NCBI GenBank assembly: GCA_965224245.1
Contig: OZ245046.1
Location: 3,936,001-4,000,000, forward strand
DNA length: 64,000 bases
Source of the DNA: Candidatus Eiseniibacteriota bacterium
GTDB lineage: Bacteria > Eisenbacteria > RBG-16-71-46 > CAZAMP01
Reading direction: 5' to 3'
The notes beneath the pieces were generated by a model. The model was not told the DNA's origin, did not search any database, and was given only the letters and a program-made list of their open reading frames with translations. Made by a program: the position numbers and the translations under genes. Below are positions 58,471-64,000 of this stretch, piece by piece. Numbering within the stretch: the stretch's first letter is position 1; each line of letters begins with the position of its first letter.

Positions 58471-59552
58471 GCGGTCCCTCCCGACGAGGATCCCGGCAGC
58501 CGGAAGTCGAAGATCGGATCGAACACCTCGACGCCCAGGCGCGCAGCCACGACGGGGGACTTGACCGTCGCGAGTCGCAGCACGGGCACCGTCAGCACCG
58601 CGTTCCAGGACGTCTCCACCGCGCGCCCCTGACCGTCGACGACGACGAGGTCGACGTCCGCGCACACCGTGGCGAGCGCATGCGACACCTCGCGCAGATC
58701 CAGCCCGGGGCTCGCGCCACCGGTGGACACGACCCGGATCGTCCCGGCTTCGAGCGCGGCGGCCAGCGTCCGGTCGCGCTCGCTCCGCGTGCCGAGGAGC
58801 GACGCCGCCTCGGCCGCGGTGACGTCGTTCAGCGCGGGATGCTCGTTGGCGGCCAGCGTCACCCGGCAGTCGCGCATCGCCAGCGTCCGGGCCAGCGGAA
58901 CGATGCCGTCGAGGAAATCCATCCCCGCGTTGTCGACGAGGATCAGCACGTGCCCGAGACGGCGGCCCTTCAGCCAGGCCCGGAGATCCGGGCGCCCGTC
59001 GAACGCGGGGGCTCGCGCGCGCACCTCCTCGGCGAGTCGCGCCAGCCCCTCGCCGCCCTCGGCGTACGCGGCGGCCACCTCGGGGGATGCCATGTCGAAG
59101 ACGTTTCCGGCGAGCACGAGCCAGGCTCCGGCCTCGATCACGTCGAAGAGATCCCCGGTGGCGATCGGGTCGAGATCACCATCGCGAGAAGCGGAACGGA
59201 GTCGATCGAGGCAGCGGCCGTTCTCTCGCTCCTTGACCACCGCGAAGGCGTCGGCCACCCCGTGCTCCCGGAGCAATCGGTCGCGGACGGTGACCAGATG
59301 GTGCACGGTGGGATGCGTCTCGTGCACGGCGGGATGATCCAGCGCCTGCAGCATCGAGACCCACGCGGCCGCGGCGGAGCGGGCGCCCCGTGCCTCGGCG
59401 GCGCCCTGCGTCTCCTCGACGAGCGTGCACACGTCGCCGATGTTGGCCCGGAGACGACGGACCCACTCGGCGCGCACGTCGGCGTCCTTGCGAAGATCCC
59501 AGAGTCCGGGCCAGTAGGACGCCGGATCGGCGAGCAGCGGGAAGACGGGCAT
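58467..59552 (-). CDS. DUF89/ARMT1-like damage-control phosphatase (PanK4-type subfamily)
   Basis: VKERENG, AGNVFDM, VDNAGMD, AANEHPALNDVT, DGQGRAVET. Confidence 0.85.
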   Translation of the reverse strand: MPVFPLLADPASYWPGLWDLRKDADVRAEWVRRLRANIGDVCTLVEETQGAAEARGARSAAAAWVSMLQALDHPAVHETHPTVHHLVTVRDRLLREHGVADAFAVVKERENGRCLDRLRSASRDGDLDPIATGDLFDVIEAGAWLVLAGNVFDMASPEVAAAYAEGGEGLARLAEEVRARAPAFDGRPDLRAWLKGRRLGHVLILVDNAGMDFLDGIVPLARTLAMRDCRVTLAANEHPALNDVTAAEAASLLGTRSERDRTLAAALEAGTIRVVSTGGASPGLDLREVSHALATVCADVDLVVVDGQGRAVETSWNAVLTVPVLRLATVKSPVVAARLGVEVFDPIFDFRLPGSSSGGTA

Positions 59553-60317
59553 TCAGTCCAGATCCTGGAGGAGGTCGGTCTCGATGGGCTCGCCGGGGCG
59601 GGGCGACGGGAAGATCCGGACGAAGCATTCCTCGGCGAACAGGCCGGCCTCGTAGAAGGTCCGGAACGGCGGGCCGTTCTTCTGCGTGTCGTGCGCCTGG
59701 ATCGCCCGCCATCGGACGTCGGCGGTGTCGGCGGTGTCGATCCAGGTCGTGACCTCGTCGTCGGACGACGCGTACAGCTCGCGCGGCCAGTCGACGCGGC
59801 GGAGGCGGCTCTCGGCCACCGTGAACCCGTACAGCTTCCGCGGCCGGTGCGGCGCGAGCGCGCGCAGGTCGTCGGATCGGTACCAGGAGCGCTCCCGCGC
59901 CCCGCGAAACGCCCCCACCGTCGCCAGCGTCATCACCCGGTGATCGGGGTGATACGAGATGCCCGATCCGTGGAACGTGATGACGACGTCGGGCATCGTC
60001 TCGCGAATCACCTTCGCCAGACGCTCCTCGACCTCGAGCGCGTCCATCTCGCGCAGGCGGCCGTCCTCCCAGTCCAGGAACCCGCCGAACTCGATCCCGA
60101 GGATGTCCGCCGCGGCCTCTGTCTCGGCGCGGCGGCGGCGGCGCAGGTCCGACGGGTCGTCGGGCCGCGTGTCGTGGAGCCGGCCGGCACCGCCGTCGGT
60201 CGCCGTCACGAACACCACGCGATGGCCGAGCGCGGCGTACTTCGCCAGCGTTCCGCCGGGGCCCATGCACTCGTCGTCGGGATGGGCGAAGAGGCCCAGT
60301 ATCGTCCGTCGGGTCAT
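59553..60317 (-). CDS. PIG-L/LmbE family deacetylase
   Basis: AHPDDE, ATDG, RRAE, HPDH, AHDTQ. GGAGGG SD before ATG 60317. Confidence 0.92.
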   Translation of the reverse strand: MTRRTILGLFAHPDDECMGPGGTLAKYAALGHRVVFVTATDGGAGRLHDTRPDDPSDLRRRRRAETEAAADILGIEFGGFLDWEDGRLREMDALEVEERLAKVIRETMPDVVITFHGSGISYHPDHRVMTLATVGAFRGARERSWYRSDDLRALAPHRPRKLYGFTVAESRLRRVDWPRELYASSDDEVTTWIDTADTADVRWRAIQAHDTQKNGPPFRTFYEAGLFAEECFVRIFPSPRPGEPIETDLLQDLD

Positions 60318-60340
60318 GAGCGCGCCCTCCCGTCCATCGA

Positions 60341-61108
60341 TCACTCCCACTCGAACGTCCGCACCGCGAGGACGCTCATCACGACGGCCCACGCGCCGAG
60401 CACCACGAGCGCGCGCCCGACCCACGCGCCGTCCAGGAGCGCGGCCTCGAGCCCGCCGGCCAGCGCCGCGGACGGTAGAAAGCGCGCCACGACCGAGACG
60501 GCCGACGGCAGCTTCTCGAGCGGCACCGCCACGCCACCGAACAGGAGCAGGACGACGTACACGGTGTTCGCCACCGCCAGCGTTCCCTCGGCGCGGAGCG
60601 TGCCCGCCAGCGCCATCGCCATGGCGCCGAACGCCAGCGTGCCGAGCGCCATCGTACCGATCGCCGCCGGTGTGTTTCCGTGGAATCGCCATCCCAGCGC
60701 GATCGAGGCGACCGCGACCAGGACGACGACCTGCAACACCAGCACCAGGACCGTGGACGCGACCTTGGCCGCCATGAGCCCGCCCCGGCCCAGCGGCGAG
60801 ACGCCGAGCCGCTTCAGGACCAGGTACTTTCGCTCGAAACCGGTCGAGATGGCCAGCCCCACGAGCGCGCTCGACATCAGTGCCATGGTCAGGATCAGCG
60901 GCATGACCGATCGGACGCGTTCGGCGGGGGTCCCCGGGACGACGTCGACCCGGGTCGCGAGCACGAGAAACAGGACGGGCAGGATCAAGGTGAACAGGAG
61001 GTTCTCACCCCTCCGGATCACCAGGCGCGTCTCGATGCTCGTCTGCGCCGACACCCGCCGCAGGAACGAGCTGGCACCGCCGCCGCGCATGTGATCGGGA
61101 GACGTCAT
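60341..61108 (-). CDS. ABC-2 type permease
   Basis: RRGENLL, TGFERKYLVLKRLGVSPL, six TMs, C-terminal FEWE. Confidence 0.9.
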   Translation of the reverse strand: MTSPDHMRGGGASSFLRRVSAQTSIETRLVIRRGENLLFTLILPVLFLVLATRVDVVPGTPAERVRSVMPLILTMALMSSALVGLAISTGFERKYLVLKRLGVSPLGRGGLMAAKVASTVLVLVLQVVVLVAVASIALGWRFHGNTPAAIGTMALGTLAFGAMAMALAGTLRAEGTLAVANTVYVVLLLFGGVAVPLEKLPSAVSVVARFLPSAALAGGLEAALLDGAWVGRALVVLGAWAVVMSVLAVRTFEWE

Positions 61109-62073
61109 TCGGGGTCTCCCGCCTCGTCGATCAGACGGAGGTACGCCTCCTCGAGCGTACCCGCGCCCGAGCGGAGCTCGGTCAGGAGTACGTCGCGCTC
61201 GGAGAGCCAGGCCGCCAGCGACGCGATCCCCTCCGGACTCAACGGGCCGTCAACCCGGTAGTGCGCACCGGGCTCGGTGATCACGTGCGCGCAGAGGTGC
61301 GCGGCGAGAGCCGGCGCATCGATGGGCTCCGAGCACGCGAACATGGCGCCGTCGGTCACCGTGGCCGCAAGACGTCGCGGCGTGTCCATTGCGCGGATGC
61401 GCCCGCAGGTGAGGATGGCCACCCGGTCGGCCACGGCCTCGGCCTCGTGCAGAAGATGCGTGGTCAGGAACACCGTCACACCGTCCGCAGCCAGCGCGCG
61501 CACGGTGTCCCACGTGGCCCGACGAACCGCTGCGTCCATGCCGACGGTGGGCTCGTCCAGGAAGATCAGGTCGGGATTGCCGACCAGGGCAGCGCCGAGC
61601 GAGAGCCGCTGGCGCTCGCCACCCGACAGGTGTCGCACGAGTCGTCTGCCCATCGTGTCGAGCCCGACACGCGCGAGCACGTCGTCCACGGGAAGTGGCC
61701 GGGCGACGAACTTCGAGAAGAGCACGACCGCCTCGCGCACGGTCAGACCGGGGTTGATCCCCCCGTCCTGGAGCATGACCCCCAGCCGCGGCGCCAGCCG
61801 GCGGGCGCCGGCGGCCGGGTCGACACCCAGCACGCGCACGTCACCGCCGTCGCGTCGCCCGTAGCCGATCAGGATCTCCACGAGCGTCGTCTTGCCGGCC
61901 CCGTTGGGGCCCAGGAGCGCGAAGATCTCGCCCGCCCGGACCCGGAACGACACGTCCTCGAGCACGCGCAGGTCACCGTAGCGCTTGCGCACGGCGGTCA
62001 CGGCGATCGCGTCGCCGGCGGGGGGACCCCCCGGGGCCCCGGTGTCCGGTCGTTGCTGGGTCTCTGCGGTCAC
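61105..62073 (-). CDS. ABC transporter ATP-binding protein
   Basis: GPNGAGKTT, LSGGERQR, FLDEPT, TTH; likely start GTG 62073. Confidence 0.92.
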   Translation of the reverse strand: MTAETQQRPDTGAPGGPPAGDAIAVTAVRKRYGDLRVLEDVSFRVRAGEIFALLGPNGAGKTTLVEILIGYGRRDGGDVRVLGVDPAAGARRLAPRLGVMLQDGGINPGLTVREAVVLFSKFVARPLPVDDVLARVGLDTMGRRLVRHLSGGERQRLSLGAALVGNPDLIFLDEPTVGMDAAVRRATWDTVRALAADGVTVFLTTHLLHEAEAVADRVAILTCGRIRAMDTPRRLAATVTDGAMFACSEPIDAPALAAHLCAHVITEPGAHYRVDGPLSPEGIASLAAWLSERDVLLTELRSGAGTLEEAYLRLIDEAGDPE

Positions 62074-62126
62074 GTCGCGCTCGAAGTCATCTGCGGTTGG
62101 AGGCGCGCCTTCGCGCACGGGCAACG

Positions 62127-62154
62127 AAAAGGCCCGGCGGAGACCCGCCGGGCC
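62127..62154 (-). terminator. Rho-independent terminator GGCCCGGCGG-GTCT-CCGCCGGGCC-TTTT
   Basis: Perfect 10-bp stem plus T4, 25 nt after the cupredoxin stop. Confidence 0.85.
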
Positions 62155-62179
62155 GCGAACGCTAGCAGCTTCCGGGGCG

Positions 62180-62626
62180 CTATGCCAATGCGCGACGACG
62201 GAGCATGACGGCGCCGCCCAGGGCGGCGGCGACGGCCACGACGAGCGCAAGACCGGCGCCACCGGCAGGAGCGGCCACACCGCTCGCCGCGACCACCTCG
62301 ATGCTGCCCTCCATGCCCAGCGACGCGCAGTGCGTGGAGATCGAGCAGTGGTAGTCGACGGTCCCGGTCGTGGAGAACGTCTGATCGAAGCCCGAGCCGC
62401 CGAGCACCCCACTGTCGAACGCGCCGTCGGCGGTGCAGCCCGACCCGGACGTCACGGTGTGCGTCCCGCTGACGAGCTGCCAGTGGACGGTGTCGCCCTC
62501 GTTGATCACGAGGTTCGCCGGTACGAACTCGAAGTTCTGGACCATCACGTTGTGCGTCTCCGCCGAGGCGGCCGACGCGAGAAGGACGAGTCCGGCGAAG
62601 ACGCTAGCGAGATGACGAAGGTGCAT
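62180..62626 (-). CDS. Plastocyanin/azurin-family cupredoxin with C-terminal membrane anchor
   Basis: Signal peptide, FVPANLVINEGDTVHW, HTVTS, YHC-x4-H-x5-M type-1 copper ligands, and a TM+RRR tail. Confidence 0.9.
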   Translation of the reverse strand: MHLRHLASVFAGLVLLASAASAETHNVMVQNFEFVPANLVINEGDTVHWQLVSGTHTVTSGSGCTADGAFDSGVLGGSGFDQTFSTTGTVDYHCSISTHCASLGMEGSIEVVAASGVAAPAGGAGLALVVAVAAALGGAVMLRRRALA

Positions 62627-62805
62627 GCACTCCCCTCTTTCGTTGACGAGACCCTGAATCCGACGACGATGCAGCTGACGCCGAGCATCGAACGCGGCGC
62701 GTCCCGGCGGCGCGTGACCCCATTATATCCGCGTTCGCGGAAACATATCCACGCCAGGTATCATGTCCGCGTCGTGTTGCGTCTTCACTCCAGGAGTAGT
62801 ATCGC

Positions 62806-63720
62806 ATGCTCGTGCTCGACGTGGATGCGCTTCCCGATCGACTGTTCGTCGGAACGTCGTCGTTCAGCACCTCGGACTGGTGCGGCACGTTCTACCCACA
62901 CGATGCCCGTCCTCGCGACTTTCTCGCGCACTACGCGACACGCCTTCGCACGGTCGAGATCGACGCGACGTTCTACGCGTCACCCGCGCCCGCGACCGTC
63001 GCCGGCTGGGCGCGAAAGACCCCCGACAGCTTCGTGATCTCGGCCAAGGTGCCCAAGGCGATCACACACGAGGCCTACCTCGTCGACGCACAGGCCGCGA
63101 TGACCGCGTTCCTGACCACGATGGATCTCCTCGGTCCAAGGCTGGGTCCACTGCTGCTGCAGTTCCCGTACGTCTCTCGCCAGCGCGAGCCACACGAGTG
63201 GGAGACCGGCGACGAGTTCCGTCGTCGCCTGGGCGCGTTCCTTCCCACGCTGCCGCGCGACCGGCGATTCGTCGTCGAGGTTCGAAACGAGCGGTGGCTG
63301 GGAGAGCCGCTGGTCGAGCTCCTCGAGGCACACCGCGTGGCGCTCGCGGTGACCGACTACTACACGATGCCCGCTCCCCACGAGCTCGTGTCCAGGCTGG
63401 ATCCGATCACGGCCGACTTCGCGTACGTGCGCTATCTCGGCGACCACCGGCGCATGGACGCCATCGTGAACGCGGCGATGGCCGATGGAACCCGGCGGCG
63501 CGAGTGGGAGTCGGTGATCGTGGACCGATCCGCGGAGCTGTCCCGATCGGTGCCGGTGATCTCGGCTCTGGTCGACCGGGGGGTGGACGTGTACACGTAC
63601 TTCAACAACCACTACGCGGGGTTCGCGCCCGGATCGATCGATCTCTTCATCCGGGAGTGGATGCGGCACCGGAGCGGCGGACGCGCGGTCGAGTTCCCTC
63701 GACCGCCGGACGTCCCATGA
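62806..63720 (+). CDS. DUF72 domain protein
   Basis: VGTSSF, WCGTFYP, VEIDATFY, KVPKAITH, LLQFP, VEVRN, YFNNHYAG. Confidence 0.92.
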   Translation: MLVLDVDALPDRLFVGTSSFSTSDWCGTFYPHDARPRDFLAHYATRLRTVEIDATFYASPAPATVAGWARKTPDSFVISAKVPKAITHEAYLVDAQAAMTAFLTTMDLLGPRLGPLLLQFPYVSRQREPHEWETGDEFRRRLGAFLPTLPRDRRFVVEVRNERWLGEPLVELLEAHRVALAVTDYYTMPAPHELVSRLDPITADFAYVRYLGDHRRMDAIVNAAMADGTRRREWESVIVDRSAELSRSVPVISALVDRGVDVYTYFNNHYAGFAPGSIDLFIREWMRHRSGGRAVEFPRPPDVP

Positions 63721-64000
63721 CGAGGTCCTCCGATCGACCCTGCATCGTCTGGCTCCGGCGGGATCTCCGGATCTCGGACAATCCGGCGCTGGCCGCGGCC
63801 CACGCGAGCGGACGCCCGATCGTGCCGCTGTTCGTGTGGTCGCCCGAGGAGGACACCACCGACGCGCGCGCCGGCGACTGGGCGCCGGGATCGGCGAGCC
63901 GCTGGTGGCTCCATCACTCGCTCGTGGCGCTGGACGATGCGCTACGCCATCGCGGGCTCACGCTCGTCGTGCGCCGGGGAACGGCCCTCGACGCGCTCCA
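63717..64000 (+). CDS. Deoxyribodipyrimidine photolyase/cryptochrome family (runs off the window)
   Basis: Not in the ORF track. Manual translation from ATG 63717 (ATGA overlap): IVWLRRDLRISDNPALAAA...GSASRWWLHHSL. Confidence 0.88.
   Translation, partial: MTRSSDRPCIVWLRRDLRISDNPALAAAHASGRPIVPLFVWSPEEDTTDARAGDWAPGSASRWWLHHSLVALDDALRHRGLTLVVRRGTALDAL

Overview
A 64 kb, very GC-rich (about 70% by eye) bacterial chromosomal segment with about 45 tightly packed genes. I found no rRNA, tRNA, CRISPR array, integrase or transposase. Two C-terminal tails (a FlgD-Ig/T9SS-like domain and a 'PTxxxSWxxIKxLY' tail) suggest an FCB-related candidate lineage such as Eisenbacteria, Krumholzibacteriota or Latescibacterota; this is inference. 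Housekeeping and metabolic genes include an isocitrate/isopropylmalate dehydrogenase-family enzyme, rocD, rsgA, trkH, a GalU-like nucleotidyltransferase, ptrB, ispH, proline dehydrogenase, an MFP plus two RND pumps, a CPA1 antiporter, a DUF89 phosphatase, a PIG-L deacetylase, two ABC pairs, DUF72 and a photolyase. The best candidate for an undescribed system is a four-gene minus-strand module at 7650-16975: ECF sigma, membrane anti-sigma with a DUF4384-like domain, a 14-repeat FG-GAP surface protein, and an apparently exported TPR-CHAT protease with an intact His/Cys dyad. An identical ECF-type promoter motif sits in front of the anti-sigma and FG-GAP genes, so this looks like a CRISPR-independent protease/anti-sigma/sigma signalling circuit. 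Other notable items are a tandem array of ~259-bp palindromic elements upstream of trkH, an orphan consensus sigma70 promoter driving a hairpin RNA antisense to trkH, a 28-aa membrane peptide with a structured leader, a sigma54 promoter with a candidate enhancer, and a strongly promoted secreted protein with an SW-IK-LY tail.
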